A stretch of DNA of 64,000 bases from Eledone cirrhosa (taxonomy: Eukaryota): contig OZ024764.1 of assembly GCA_964016885.1 (NCBI GenBank), positions 17,732,001 through 17,796,000 of the forward strand. The letters are read 5' to 3'. Made by a program: the position numbers and the translations under genes. Position 1 is the stretch's first letter, and each line of letters starts with the position of its first letter. The notes under the pieces are model-generated. The model was not told the DNA's origin and did not search any database. It saw nothing but the letters and a program-made list of their open reading frames with translations. Shown here one piece after another: positions 14,955 through 29,560 of the stretch.

Positions 14955-15430
14955 GGCCAAAGTTTGCCCCCGAAAACGAAGGTTTATTTTTTAAATTTAT
15001 TTATTTAAACATTTTTTTATTATCTCTACTACTAAGTATGACCAAATTTTTGACCATTTATCAAACTAATTTATATATAGATTCCACCGACATTTTGTTG
15101 TTGCTGTCGTTGTTGTCGTCGTCTCAGTAATTCCCTTTTCTTTTGTCTGTTTCTCAAGATTTATTTATTTTGTGTGTGTGTTTTATTCAATGACACACTG
15201 GGGTCGATTTAATCGACTTTCCTCTCACTTTCCTCATAATTGCTGGCCTTGTGCCTAAATCTGAATTAATTATTTATTCATTATTTCTCTATCTGTCTAT
15301 CAGTCTGTCTTTATAATAAATTCAAAATATAATGGACAACTATGTATGGTAGGAGGATGAATTTCCGGTCTAGAGTTTCAAGCGTTGTGAGTTCAAATCT
15401 CAAATCTGAGATTTAAAAACATTATTTTTT

Positions 15431-15485
<55 letters not shown>

Positions 15486-16180
15486 TATACCTCTATCTTT
15501 TTATCATCATTATCATCAATCACTCCACAATACGTCTCATTTTTCTCTCCATATATATATAATTTGTCTCTTGGGCGTTTTCTTTTCTTTTGCCCGTTAG
15601 TTTCATGAAAAGTGGTAAAAAAAAATAAACTCGCTATTGCCAAAGCCTCGCGAGAATAAAACTGTTAAATATATATATATTTATATATATATATACGCTC
15701 CACCACCGAAAATAAAAACGAAAATCGTGGAGTATAAAAACAAACGAAACGAAAATGTGGAAAAATAAAATGGCGATGTATTTGTTGCAGAGTAGAAAAG
15801 AGTCACCTGGACTCTTATCATTATTAATAAAAAAAAAAAAAACGAACCAAATAAGACACAAAACAAACAATATTTCGATGAGAATTGATGAGTTATATAG
15901 CTAGCTATTAATTGGTAGTAATAATATTGGTGTTGATTAAAAAACAAGGCTGGAGTGAGAAACGAAAGAAAAAGAGAATTTATCAAAAAAAAAAAAAAAC
16001 AGTACAAAAATACACCCGCCAAAAAAGAAAAGACATTATTATCAAAAAATTCAAAATGGCGGTAAAACAGAACATTTTATTTATTTTTTTTAATTTTACC
16101 TCTGTATATTTTTTGCCTTTTTTTCGTGTCCTCTTGTTTCAAGATTTTGGTGTGTGCGTGTGTGTGTGTGTCTTTTTTTT

Positions 16181-16221
<41 letters not shown>

Positions 16222-16318
16222 CTGTGACAACGAAATCACCGATTATGTATGTATAAATGTGTTTATATATATGTATTATATATATATTATATTATATATA
16301 TAATATATAATATATATA

Positions 16319-16365
<47 letters not shown>

Positions 16366-16905
16366 AAACTAGAGCAAAACAAAAGAACACAAAAAAGACT
16401 ATAAATTATTTCCCCCACCCACACCTCTTTTATATCATTCATCTCTCCATTTTTACCCTTTTTTACATAATTTAAAAAAAACCGGAAGTAATGTATTTAT
16501 TTCTTAAGTTCTAATATATTCATAATTTATTTCAAAAATTGAAAAAGTTTTTTATATATGATATTTTTTATTTTATATGGAAGAAAATACAAAATATAAT
16601 TTATGTTTATTAATTTATGTTGAAGTTGAATTTAAAAATAATTTTTTTTTAGTTCAAACCAAGCCAAACAAAACATAACGACATATACATACATTACTAC
16701 ATTACATTACAATTTGTATATAGTATATATATATATATATATGTATATGTATATGTATATATATGTATGTATATATGTGTATGTATATATATATGTATAT
16801 GTATGTATATATATATGTGTATATATATATATGTATGTATATATGTGTATATATATATGTGTATGTATATATGTGTATGTATATATGTGTATGTATATAT
16901 ATATG

Positions 16906-16967
<62 letters not shown>

Positions 16968-17439
16968 TTTTTTTTAACGTTTCATAGCAAAACGATCATC
17001 GGATATTAAAAAAAAGAGAAATATGGGTGACGTGGGGACGGGGAAGGTTGTGATTCAACCCCCTCCCCCCATTTAACCCATCTTATCCAACTGTCACCCT
17101 ACGCCCACCCATCCACCCACCACAAAAAAATGATTAATAACAAACACAAAAGAAAAAGGGTCTTTTGCCCCCGAAAGTATGTATGTATATATAAGTATGT
17201 GTGCTGATGTATATAATATGGAATATATGTGGATGTATATAGTAAATATATATGTATATATGTATGTATGTGTTCGTCTCGCACGGTGTGTTTACTACTA
17301 CTACTACTACAACTACTACTACCACCACTACAACTACTATAACTACTACTGCAACTAGAACTACTATTACTACTACTACTACAACTGCAATTACTACTAC
17401 TATTGGAACTACTACTACTATTGGAACTACTACTACTAG

Positions 17440-17471
<32 letters not shown>

Positions 17472-17964
17472 TTAAGACTAATATATTACTACTATTTACC
17501 TTAATGTCGATTTTTTAGGGGCTGAAGTTTTGGCAGAATCTGTAGTCCCCTGCCAATATATAATGTAGTAGAGTTATCTTTCTTCATCCGGTCCCTTAAC
17601 TTTCTCAGTGCGAACCCCATCGAGGTCAAATTTCGCTTTTTTTCTTAATCCTTCCGGAAGTGGGTCAATAAAGGTCCTATTCAAGCCCTGGGGTCATCGG
17701 AGATCGATATAATAAACCCTACCCCTCATAATATTGGTATATATAAATAAATTTTTTTTAAATTACGAAAAAAAAAATGGCGGTGGATAGTGCGCAGACT
17801 CAGTAGAACGACGAACGATAGTGTTTCCTGTTTTGTTCGTCTTGTTGTTCTCGTCGCCATTTTTTTTTATTTGTATAATTCTTCCGGAAGGATCCATAAT
17901 ATATTGAACTTTTCACGTACTGAGATCGATATATCGATATATATATATATATATACGCAGTGTG

Positions 17965-17996
<32 letters not shown>

Positions 17997-18440
17997 CAAG
18001 TAGTTGATTCAATGTAGTTGACCACCCTAGATCCCCTCCCCCAGATCTTCTCCACCCCACGCGAGCCCACCCCTATGCCCTGCCCTCAATTCTCCAGCCC
18101 CTATTGTTCACGGCTGGCCCTTAAATCTTTTACCAGCCACTAATCACCTCCACCTTCATTATATATCATTATGTCGTTAATTGAACATTAGTGACGTCAT
18201 ATCTGTCGTAATTACTTAATTAAATTAAAACCTAGTAGTGTAATATTTTTTATTATTTTTATATTATTTCATTTTGATTAAATAATTTTATTTAATTATA
18301 AAAAAAAAACCAATTCTACCCAAGCTGCATTCTACATACTCTCACACTTGACACTCAAGTCACACTCAATAGTACCTACACTCTACACTACACTCATCCC
18401 TCATCACTCAACAATATATATATGTATATATATGTGTATA

Positions 18441-18567
<127 letters not shown>

Positions 18568-18594
18568 ATATATATATATGTGTATATATATGTG

Positions 18595-18642
<48 letters not shown>

Positions 18643-18811
18643 ACAAAAATGTCCAATCGTCCGAACCAAACAAAATTTTATTTCGATAATTTAATTTAAT
18701 AAAACAAGAAAAAAAAAAGAAAATTTTAATTCAAAAAAGATATTAATTCTATTTATTTATATATATTTTCTATACATATATAAGCTTTTTATATATATAT
18801 ATATATATATA

Positions 18812-18855
<44 letters not shown>

Positions 18856-19020
18856 ATTTATAAATATATCATTTGGGTTTTTTATATTATTATTATTAAT
18901 TAAATTTTATTTTTTTTGTAAATTTTATTTTCGGGATTAATTATTAATATCGTTTCAAAATTTCAACAAAAAAAAATTATTGTTTTTCCTGTTTTTTTTT
19001 TTAATAATTATCAATTATCG

Positions 19021-19072
<52 letters not shown>

Positions 19073-19529
19073 CTGAGGAACCTCTGGGGATGAGGGAGGG
19101 AGGAAGGGCTTGCGAAAGGCTCCTTACAACACAAATTACCTTTATTGGCCTCAAGGGGCCAATAGATTTCGGGGACAATACAAAAATAATAATAACAACA
19201 ATAATAATAATAATAATAATATTTGTACATTTTTTTTTTCGTTTTAATTATTATAATTGCATTTTTTAATGTAATTAAATATTATTATTGTTGTTTTAAT
19301 TAATTAGTACCACTACTACTATTACTACTACTACTACTACTACTATCACCCCACCACTTCTACTACTACTATCACCACCACCACTATTACTACTACTACT
19401 ACTATTTGTCATTGTTTATATTTATTACCAACCATACGAATTAAAATATATTTATTATACATAAAAAATGTCTTCATTCTCTTTATTCTGTGTGTGCGCA
19501 TGTATGTATATATGTATGTATGTATATAG

Positions 19530-20038
19530 CTCTCGAGTGCTACTGGTAACATGTAACCCAGTACAACCCGTCTCATGGTCGGGTCGTCAGTAACTAAACC
19601 AGCAACCCCACTAAGCTTGCTTGGTGAGGAGGGTGATATTTGGACACCCTGTGGAATGAAATACAAGACCCGGCAAAGGGCAGAGGAACTCAGCAGATTC
19701 AAGGGCCGTCCTAATAGTACTTTATTTTCACCTGGGGGTGAAAGGCCCCCAGTTGTTGTCACAACATCTTTCTAGGAGAGGGAAACTCTGAAAAAAAAAA
19801 ACCTGCGGCTTCAGAAACATCTAATGATGTTGACCAGTTCTCCTTTTCTGGTAGTGTTTTCGATGCTCAGAGAGTGGGATTGGTCGAGTGCAAGGCCTTT
19901 CCCCACTTAAAAAACCTTCAAAGCACAGGTATTGCTTGCTCAGGATATGTTACAGGTTCGTGTGTCTGGCCGTAGCCTAAAAGTGCACCGAACTCTATAA
20001 TCTGACAAGCGATTGCAATACTCTTAGCAGAGTTTGTA

Positions 20039-20045
<7 letters not shown>
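19530..20045 (+). mobile_element. Related bipartite element; a third head fragment lies at 20730-20865
   Basis: CCCAGTACAACC...ATGGTCGGGTCGT...ACTAAAC...CTTGGTGAGGAGGGTGA shared with 4631-5208; similar 3' tail GAGTTTGTAGCCATCA followed by (TA)n. Confidence 0.6.
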
Positions 20046-20119
<74 letters not shown>

Positions 20120-20146
20120 GTATATATATATATATATGTATATAAA

Positions 20147-20720
20147 CCGAAAAGGTTCAGGGACAGCATCAAGAACAATCTCAAAGAGCTGGCATTTGAT
20201 ACAGACAACTGGGAGGAGATAGCTCTAAACAGGGCTGAGGGGATAAAGGGCAGTTGCAAAACTTTTGAGGAATGTCGCCTACAACATAAACAACTGAAGC
20301 GTCAGCTGGGGAAGGGATGTGTTCACAGTCTTGATGGAGTCACCAGTAGCTGGACATGTGAGTTCTGTCAGCGTGTACTCCTCTCAATGGCTGGTTAAGT
20401 TAATCACCTGAGGTCACATGAAAGGATAACCACCCGCAACACCACTCAACAAAGACCTGGTGAAACAACGTGTGTGATATGCAACAAAGTGTTTAGAACT
20501 AGTTCCGGACTAAAAGGACACGTGGTGGTACATAAAGATTGTGTCCCGCAGGATGACACCACCGGTCCTGTGAAAAGCACAACTCTCTTCTGTCACCTGT
20601 GTCATAAACCAGGCAGATCTACAGCTAGCCTACGAAGTCAGCTACGAAGTCATGGACGTCGATGGGATGACAATGAAGAATCGATAAAAGACGGCAATCC
20701 TGCAATCCTGCAATCCTCGT
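20147..20720 (+). mobile_element. 5'-truncated RTE-type LINE 3' end with three C2H2-like zinc fingers, decayed
   Basis: KRFRDSIKNNLKELAFDTDNWEEIALNR...; CEFCQRVLLSMAG*VNHLRSH; CVICNKVFRTSSGLKGHVVVH; CHLCHKPGRSTASLRSQLRSH; stops and frameshifts present. Confidence 0.75.
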
Positions 20721-20927
20721 GTATCTATGCTGGCGACTAAACTGAGAACCCCACCATGCTTGCTTGGTAAGGAGTTTGATATTTGGACACCCTGTCAGAT
20801 GAAAAACAAAACACGTCAAAGGGCGCAGGAACGCAGTAGAGTCAACAGTCATCCAATAAAGTAGTCTTTTGGGGGGGAGTCCAGAAATAGCCGTCGAAAC
20901 GGCTTGAGCTCTTCCGTTATGTCCTTC

Positions 20928-21055
20928 AGCAAGACACTTTATTTCACGTTGCTCATTCTACCTGGAGTTGCGACCGATAGATAGTATTAGCAACTGGAAA
21001 GACCAACGGAAACATTGTTTCCTCGGTCCGATTTGACGAAAGTTGATCGACTGTC
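20928..21055 (+). mobile_element. Dispersed SINE-like fragment; inverted homolog at 32459-32566
   Basis: GGAAAGACCAACGGAAACATTGTTTCCTCGGTCCGATTTGACGAAAG occurs at both loci in opposite orientation. Confidence 0.6.
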
Positions 21056-21111
21056 GATATATATATTAGGCTCCCGTCGGTCATACATACATACATACAT
21101 ACATACATACA

Positions 21112-21143
<32 letters not shown>

Positions 21144-21173
21144 ATATATATAATATATATATATATAATATAT

Positions 21174-21236
<63 letters not shown>

Positions 21237-21649
21237 ATGTATATATATAATCACGAAACGTCAACAAGAGAGAACAATACAATCTCATGATTGTGTATAT
21301 ATATACATTATATATATATCTATATATATACACATACATGTATACATACATACACAGTCTCGCTCTAAAAATTTTCAGAAATGCTATTAAGACTCCGTGT
21401 CCATGAAAACGATTCGTAAACACTTCTACATTCTCACACAAATATATACACCCATATATATATATATATATATATACATTCGTACATATACACAACACAC
21501 ACTATACACATACATACACATATATACACTCACACTCACCCTCAGTTCACTCAGCTGTATCGGCCATTGCTTTTCCCTTGGACATCATATATATAGTGTA
21601 CATTAAATATATATATATATATATAGCAGAATATAAATATTTTAATATA

Positions 21650-21702
21650 GAAAAGCTTCTTGGGCTAGAACTGTTTCATTCGTAAGAAATCATCAGGAAG
21701 CT
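21650..21702 (-). mobile_element. Degenerate copy of the 49759 hammerhead family
   Basis: Minus strand GCTTC-CTGATGA-tttc ttac gaat-GAAA-cagttctagcccaa-GAAGC; stem III and cleavage site are mutated. Another partial copy at 62745-62780 (-). Confidence 0.6.
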
Positions 21703-21769
21703 GCATGTAAATATATATATATTGTGTATATACAGTGTATATATGTATTACTACGTCGCTAGTGCCAAA

Positions 21770-21839
<70 letters not shown>

Positions 21840-21965
21840 CCCGTTAAGGGTGAAAGCAGCGACTCTTTGCTTAAACTTTAATCTGTTATTTTAATATATA
21901 TATATATATATATATATTGTGTATATACAGTGTATATATGTATTATTACGTCGCTACTGCCAAAC

Positions 21966-22015
<50 letters not shown>

Positions 22016-22018
<3 letters not shown>

Positions 22019-22154
22019 CGAAGGAAATGTGGTAAGGAACCAGGTGGACCATAACGCATCAAAGTACTCAATACATAGGGTAGTAGAGTGGGTAATAGGA
22101 ACGAGTAGGACCCCGACGGCTGAGCTCAAGCCGTTTCGACGGCTAATTCTGGAC
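22016..22154 (-). mobile_element. Solo copy of the 140-bp family (others: 2465-2563, 5318-5383, 10030-10087, 20879-20917, 26156-26296, 32289-32430, 59279-59340, 62790-62890)
   Basis: Shared sequence GTGGTAAGGAACCAGGTGGACCATAAC...GTACTCAATACTTAGGGTAGTAGAGTGGG...GACCCCGACGGC, in whole or part. Confidence 0.7.
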
Positions 22155-22530
22155 TTTGGCATTGGGAGCTGGCCCAACCCCCGAACAGAACGTCAATGTG
22201 TGGTGCCAAAGGTCCTGTCTTCCACATCTAGAATAAGTAGCAGATATTGCAATATCCTGGGGTTCAACGGCCCTCAACTCTTCAACAAGCTGCCGAAGGA
22301 TTTGAGAGTTCTGCACGGTGTGGACCAGGATCTTTTCAAGAAACATCTCAACCCCCTGCTATCCAGCATCCCGGATTAGCTCGCAGCTCGGAACGAAAGC
22401 AACTTAAGGGCAACAGCAACAAACTCCCTCTTCCACCAATGGCCTACCAACACAGGCTGGAGATAGAATGTGTAGCAACAAGGGAGGTGCCCCAGCATGG
22501 CCTCAGCCGGATGGCTGGATCAGGTAAAAT
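22155..22530 (+). mobile_element. CR1/L2-group LINE 3' fragment
   Basis: GFNGPQLFNKLPKDLR...DLFKKHLNPLLSSIPD; tail GGTGCCCCAGCATGG also at 10356-10402 (-) in P450 intron 1. Confidence 0.7.
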
Positions 22531-22685
22531 AGTAAAAGAGAATATATATAATATATATATATATATATAACTGTTTCTACTTTAGGCACAAGGCCAGCAA
22601 TTACCCCAGTCCATTACTGGTACTTTATTTTATCGAGCCCGTAAGGATGAAAGGCAAAGTCAACCTCGGCGGGATTTGAACTCAG

Positions 22686-22721
<36 letters not shown>

Positions 22722-22724
<3 letters not shown>

Positions 22725-22919
22725 CAAAGGAATTGTGGTAAGGAACCAGGTGGACCATAACCCACCAGAGTACTCAATACTTAGGGTAGTAGAGTGGGTA
22801 ATAGGAAAAGAGTCAGGACCCCGACGGCTGAGCTCCGGCCGTTTCGACAGCTAGATCCGAGCTGTTCGGATCTAGCTGTCGAAACGGCCGGAGCTCAGCC
22901 GTCGGGGTTCAGGATCTTT

Positions 22920-22964
<45 letters not shown>

Positions 22965-23128
22965 AACGAGTAGGACTCCGACGGCTGAGCTCAAGCCGTT
23001 TCGACGGCTAATTCTGGACTGAATTAGCCGTCGAGGTCCTACTCGTTCCTATTACCCACTCTACTACCCTAAGTATTGAGAACTTTGGTGCGTTATGGTC
23101 CACCTGGTTCCTTACCACATTTCCTTCG

Positions 23129-23130
<2 letters not shown>
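22722..23130. mobile_element. Two consecutive inverted pairs of the 140-bp family (22722-22915, 22962-23130)
   Basis: Subfamily variants (GAGTCAGGACCCC...AGCTAGATCCGA and GAGTAGGACTCC...AATTCTGGACT) separated by (TA)n. Confidence 0.7.
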
Positions 23131-23198
<68 letters not shown>

Positions 23199-23311
23199 CA
23201 AAGTGTATATTTCGTTTCTGAATTTGTTTAGCAAGATTCTTTATCTGAAAACGTGTGAAAGCAACTGGTGCGTGTGTTTCTTATTGGCAACATAACCCTC
23301 CCAAAGCATAG

Positions 23312-23363
<52 letters not shown>

Positions 23364-24184
23364 ATGTATGTATGTATGTATGTATGTATGTATGTATGTA
23401 TGTATGTATGTATGTATGTATGTGTCCCAATTAGTGTCTAGATTCAGTGTTGTGTGTGTTTATGTTTTTGTTTTAGGTCTGTTTGTGTGTTAGTGTGTTA
23501 CTGTGTTAGTGGTGGTGGTAGTGGTGTGGTGGTAGTGGTGGTGGTGGTAGTGGTGGTGTGGTGGTGGTAGTAGTGGTGGTGGTAGTGGTGGTGGTAGTGG
23601 TGGTGGTGGTGGTGGTGGTGGTAGTAGTGGTGGTGGTGGTGGTGTGGTGGTGGTGGTGTGGTGTGGCGGTGGTGGTGGTGGTGGTGTTGAGGTGGTGGTG
23701 TAATAGTAGTAGTGGTGGTGGTGATGGTGGTGTGGTGGTGGTAGTAGTGGTGGTGGTAGTGGTGGTGGTAGTGGTGTGGTTGTTGTGGTGGTGTAATAGT
23801 AGTAGTGGTGGTGGTGATGGTGGTGTGGTGGTGGTAGTAGTGGTGGTGGTAGTGGTGGTGGTGTAATAGTGGTAGTGGTGGTGTAATAGTGGTAGTGGTG
23901 GTGGTGGTGGTGGTGGTGGTCTATTCATCTAGTAGATTAATGGCTAAGCTAGTGTGTACAGCAGACATGTTAGTATGTTAGTAAATATATAGTTTGGCCG
24001 CCTGTGTGTATGTGTGTGTATATATGTGTGTATATATGTGTGTCTGTATGTGTGTGTGTGTGTATGTGGGTATATATGTGTGTGTGTGTGTCTGTATAAG
24101 TGTGTGTGTATATATATATATATACCTGTGGGTATATGTGTATATATATATGTGTGTGTGTATGTATATGTATGTGCATGTGTG

Positions 24185-24248
<64 letters not shown>

Positions 24249-24259
24249 CACACACATAC

Positions 24260-24338
<79 letters not shown>

Positions 24339-24356
24339 GTGTATATATATATTTAC

Positions 24357-24436
<80 letters not shown>

Positions 24437-24454
24437 GTGTATATATATATTTAC

Positions 24455-24504
<50 letters not shown>

Positions 24505-24551
24505 ATATATATATACACACACATATATATTTATATGTATATATTTATATG

Positions 24552-24592
<41 letters not shown>

Positions 24593-25176
24593 CTACAGGT
24601 GTATATATATATATGTGTGTATATATATATATATATTACCCCAGCCAACAATTATAGACACCAGCCACCATATTTAAAACTAAACAACAGAAGAAGACTA
24701 AAACTCATTATGTCTGTTGAAGGTCAACATTAGATATGTCCTACTGAATGGTGGGGTGGATGGTGGGGAGGTGGGGTGCTGGGGTGGATGGTGGTGAGGC
24801 GGGGTGGTGGGGTGGATGGTTGGATGGTTAGATGAATGGGGTAGTAGTTGGCTGGATGGTGGGCTATTTGGCTGGACTGTGGGGTGGTTGACTGGCTGAA
24901 TGACGGGTTGAATGGTGGGGGGGGGGGTACTTATCTTGTTGAATGGCGGAGTGGATGCTGTATGGATAAGAATACAGAATTTAGTCAAAAACTGTGGATG
25001 AAACACAGCACAACCCCCACTTATCAGTCGACCGCTCAAGGTCATCATGGTTTCCGTAATTTTAAGGTTGATACCACTAACCCCATATCTTCTTTTTCTT
25101 ACTCTTGCTCGACGAGGCTGAGATTATCCTAAGCCAGCGATCCCAAAGCATCGACGCGCGTAGAGCCGAATTAGCT

Positions 25177-25236
<60 letters not shown>

Positions 25237-25239
25237 CTG

Positions 25240-25418
25240 TTTCTACTTTTGGCACAAGGCCAGCAATTATTCCAGTGCATTACTGGTACTTTATTTTATC
25301 GACCCCGTAAGGATGAAAGGCAAAGTTAACCTCGGTGGGATTTGAACTCAGATCATAAAGGGAGGTAACTATGCTTCAAAGCATGGCGTCCGACCCTTAC
25401 CGATACTGCCAATCCACC
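25240..25418 (-). mobile_element. Same SINE family (other copies: 22573-22686 -, 29750-29836 -, 17530-17720 +, 56010-56050 - head)
   Basis: Reverse complement closely matches 57025-57197. Confidence 0.8.
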
Positions 25419-25420
25419 GT

Positions 25421-25613
25421 ATAACAAAGTGTGGTAAGGAACCAGGTGGACCATAACCCACCAGAGTACTCAATACTTAGGGTAGTAGAGTGGGTAATAG
25501 GAAAAGAGTCAGGACCCCGACGGCTGAGCTCCGGCCGTTTCGACAGCTAGATCTGAACTGTTCGGATCTAGCTGTCGAAACGGTTGGAGCTCAGCCGTCG
25601 GGGTCCTGACTCC
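25421..25613. mobile_element. Same 140-bp family, inverted pair
   Basis: Near-identical to 22722-22915, and likewise adjacent to a minus-strand SINE. Confidence 0.7.
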
Positions 25614-25966
25614 TTATATATATATATATATAAAGACGGCATATATATGTGTTGGTATGTATATTAAATTTGATAGTTTGTATAATTTTGTATAATTTTG
25701 TACATAGATCTGTTGACTATGCATGCCAATTCTAACACATATATGTCCTAGAAACGATCGTTAAATAATTAACTTTTTTTGTTTAATATAAGGAACTGTT
25801 TCATTGTTTTATTCATTATTTTTTAAATATGTTATCTTGACTCTGTATTCCGTTTATCTTTCACCGAAAGTGATTTTTCAATGCATCTCTTCTTTCCATG
25901 ATATCCGGATTACATTGAGTTCTTCATACGGATTGGACACTACCGTAAACTCTTGGTAGATTTATC

Positions 25967-26012
<46 letters not shown>

Positions 26013-26024
26013 ATTATATATATA

Positions 26025-26114
26025 CCGTATTTCCCGGCATCAAAGACTCTACTTTTTGGTTATTAAAACTAGGATGCGTCCTCGAGGACGAAGCGTCCTC
26101 GGCGCCGAGAAATA

Positions 26115-26117
<3 letters not shown>
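26025..26117. mobile_element. Tiny Tc1/mariner-pogo-type MITE
   Basis: Imperfect TIRs CCGTATTTCCCGGC / GCCGAGAAATACAC flanked by TA. Confidence 0.5.
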
Positions 26118-26157
<40 letters not shown>

Positions 26158-26296
26158 ACGAAGGAAGTGTGGTAAGGAACCAGGTGGACCATATCCTACC
26201 AGAGTACTCAATACTTTGATTAGTAGAGTGGGTAATAGGAAAAGGGTCAGGACCCCGACGGCAGATCTCAAGCCGTTTCGACGGCTATTTCTGGAT

Positions 26297-26380
<84 letters not shown>

Positions 26381-27771
26381 TGTATGTATGTATGTATATG
26401 TGTGTGTCATAGCAATCCTGGACTCCCCCAAAATGAAATATATTCGACACAATTGTGTCATTAGTAACGACACGACTCCACCATTTCAAGACTTAAACAC
26501 GAGACCAATGAAGGAAGGTCTTGTGTAGTAGTCGCCAGTATACAACATAAGATAGCAGAGAAAGGAAATTTTTAATTAAACTAATTAATTAAAATTACTA
26601 ACTTTAGTAATGGAACCTGTGATTATGAGAGAATGACTAACTCTTGTCAAAGAGGAGAGGGGAGACAACCCTCCCCTAATTAGAGTAAAAAGGAAAAACG
26701 GAGACAAGTTTTGTTGGTAGTGGTGTGGTGTAATGATGTGGTGGTGGTGTCGGTGGTAGTAGTGTTGGGGGTGTTGGTGGTGGTGGTGGTGATGGTGATG
26801 GTGGTGACGGTGATGGTGGTGGTAGTAGTGGTGTTGGTGTAATGATGTGGTGGTGGTGTCGGTGGTAGTAGTGTTGGTGGTGTTGGTGGTGGTGGTGGTG
26901 GTGGTGATGGTGGTGACGGTGACGGTGGTGGTAGTAGTGGTGTTGGTGTAATGATGTAGTGGTGGTGGTGGTGGTAGTAGTGGTGTTGGTGTAATGATGT
27001 AGTGGTGGTGGTGGTGGTGGTGGTAGTAGTATTGGTGGTGATGGTGATGGTGGTGGTTGTAGTGGTGTTGGTGTAATGATGTAGTGGTGGTGGTGGTGGA
27101 GGTAGTGGTGGTGGTGTAATGATGTAGTGGTGGTGGTGGTGGTGGTGGAGGTGGTGGTGGTGTAATGATGTAGTGGTGGTGCTGGTGGTGGCAGTGGTGG
27201 TGGTGGTGGTGTTGGTGGTGGTGGTGGTTGTGGTGGTGTTGGTGGTAGTGGTGGTGGTTGTGGTGGTGGTGGTGGTAGTGGTGGTGGTTGTGGTGGTGGT
27301 GTGTGATCTAGCCTTGAACACGGTGACGGACAAAAACGCCCAGCCGGGATAATCGAGCAACACTAGGCCAGAGATGGCCCCACACCACCACCACACCACC
27401 AGCCCACACTCCTAAACGAGGTCAAAGTTTACAAACCATTCGCAACCTCCATTCAACAGTAGTGGCTCTCTCTCTCTCACCCTCTCCCTCTCTCATTGAC
27501 AAACCGCCTCACATATTGTTCCAAGGTTAAACTATTTAAATCTCTCGCTAAACACTGTGTTAGCAGCCACTACAATACTGCTACCACAACCACCACTACT
27601 ACCACTACACTACTACCCATACCATCACGATATCACTATCACCAACAGTGTCTTACATTAGAAATATGGCAACAATAGGGTTTAAGTATTTATATTCTTC
27701 TTTGCCCACTTATTCCTGAGATGGCCGTGGGGGCAGAGTCCTCAAACAATCCTTCCAGTTGACATTCTAAC

Positions 27772-29388
27772 CTGAGACATTCTAACCACATATCTGTAGT
27801 ATCAGAGCTGTGATCTCTCAATTCAGAGATTCTTTCCTCAGACATTCTAACCACATGTCTGTAGTATCAGAGCTGTGATCTCTCAATTCAGAGATTCTTT
27901 CCTGAGACATTCTAACCACATGTCTGTAGTATCAGAGCTGTGATCTCTCAATTCAGAGATTCTTTCCTCAGACATTCTAACCACATGTCTGTAGTATCAG
28001 AGCTGTGATCTCTCAATTCAGAGATTCTTTCCTCAGACATTCTAACCACATGTCTGTAGTATCAGAGCTGTTATCTCTCAATTCAGAGATTCTTTCCTGA
28101 GACATTCTAACCACATGTCTGTAGTATCAGAGCTGTGATCTCTCAATTCAGAGATTCTTTCCTCAGACATTCTAACCACATGTCTGTAGTATCAGAGCTG
28201 TGATCTCTCAATTCAGAGATTCTTTCCTGAGACATTCTAACCACATGTCTGTAGTATCAGAGCTGTGATCTCTCAATTCAGAGATTCTTTCCTGAGACAT
28301 TCTAACCACATGTCTGTAGTATCAGAGCTGTGATCTCTCAACCCAGAGATTCTTACCTCAGACATTCTAACCACATGTCTGTAGTATCAGAGCTATGATC
28401 TCTCAATCCAGAGATTCTTACCTGAGACATTCTAACCACATGTCTGTAGTATCAGAGCTGTGATCTCTCAATTCAGAGATTCTTTCCTGAGACATTCTAA
28501 CCACTTGTCTGTAGTATCAGAGCTGTGATCTCTCAACCCAGAGATTCTTACCTCAGACATTCTAACCACATGTCTGTAGTATCAGAGCTGTGATCTCTCA
28601 ATCCAGAGATTCTTACCTGAGACATTCTAACCACATGTCTGTAGTATCAGAGCTGTGGTCACTCAATTCAGAGATTCTTTCTTGAGACATTCTAACCACA
28701 TGTCTGTAGTATCAGAGCTGTGATCTCTCAATCCAGAGATTCTTACCTGAGACATTCTAACCACATGTCTGTAGTATCAGAGCTGTGATCTCTCAACCCA
28801 GAGATTCTTACCTGAGACATTCTAACCACATGTCTGTAGTATCAGAGCTGTGATCTCTCAATCCAGAGATTCTTACCTGAGACATTCTAACCACATGTCT
28901 GTAGTATCAGAGCTGTGGTCTCTCAATTCAGAGATTCTTTCCTGAGACATTCTAACCATATGTCTGTAGTATCAGAGCTGTGATCTCTCAATTCAGAGAT
29001 TCTTTCCCCAGACATTCTAACCACATGTCTGTAGTATCAGAGCTGTGATCTCTCAATCCAGAGATTCTTTCCTGAGACATTCTAACCACTTGTCTGTAGT
29101 ATCAGAGCTGTGATCTCTCAATCCAGAGATTCTTACCTGAGACATTCTAACCACATGTCTGTAGTATCAGAGCTGTGGTCTCTCAATTCAGAGATTCTCT
29201 CCTGAGACATTCTAACCATATGTCTGTAGTATCAGAGCTGTGATCTCTCAATTCAGAGATTCTTTCCTCAGACATTCTAACCACATGTCTGTAGTATCAG
29301 AGCTGTGGTCTCTCAATTCAGAGATTCTCCCCTGAGACATTCTAACCACATGTCTGTAGTATCAGAGCTGTGGTCTCTCAATTCAGAG
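27772..29388. repeat. 65-bp tandem satellite, about 25 copies, inside an RTE-type LINE remnant
   Basis: Unit GAGACATTCTAACCACATGTCTGTAGTATCAGAGCTGTGATCTCTCAATTCAGAGATTCTTTCCT; period 65 measured (27841 to 27906). Confidence 0.95.
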
Positions 29389-29560
29389 AAGTAGTGGCTC
29401 TACCTGGAGTGACTCTCTGATCTCCGAGCTACACTTTATCAAGTAATGCTCCTCCAAAGACCCTTCAGAGGAATCCCATTTCAGTCACTTGTATTTGCGA
29501 TCGGATTCTTTCAGTCATTACCCAAGATTCATGACTATGTAAGGGTTGGCACGAATACCG
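29389..29560 (-). mobile_element. RTE-clade LINE ORF remnant (post-RT region), upstream of satellite 1
   Basis: Minus translation HESWVMTERIRSQIQVTEMGFL*RVFGGALLDKV...SEIRESLQVEPLL, with stop and frameshift. Confidence 0.75.

Noticed and set aside
19530-19610. HDV-like ribozyme at the head of the RTE-derived element
   Set aside because: A small hairpin, a CTAA motif and a possible P3 are visible, but I could not build consistent P1, P1.1 and P2 helices across copies.
20474-20740. Host C2H2 zinc-finger gene
   Set aside because: It is contiguous with an RTE LINE C-terminus and is interrupted by a stop and frameshifts.
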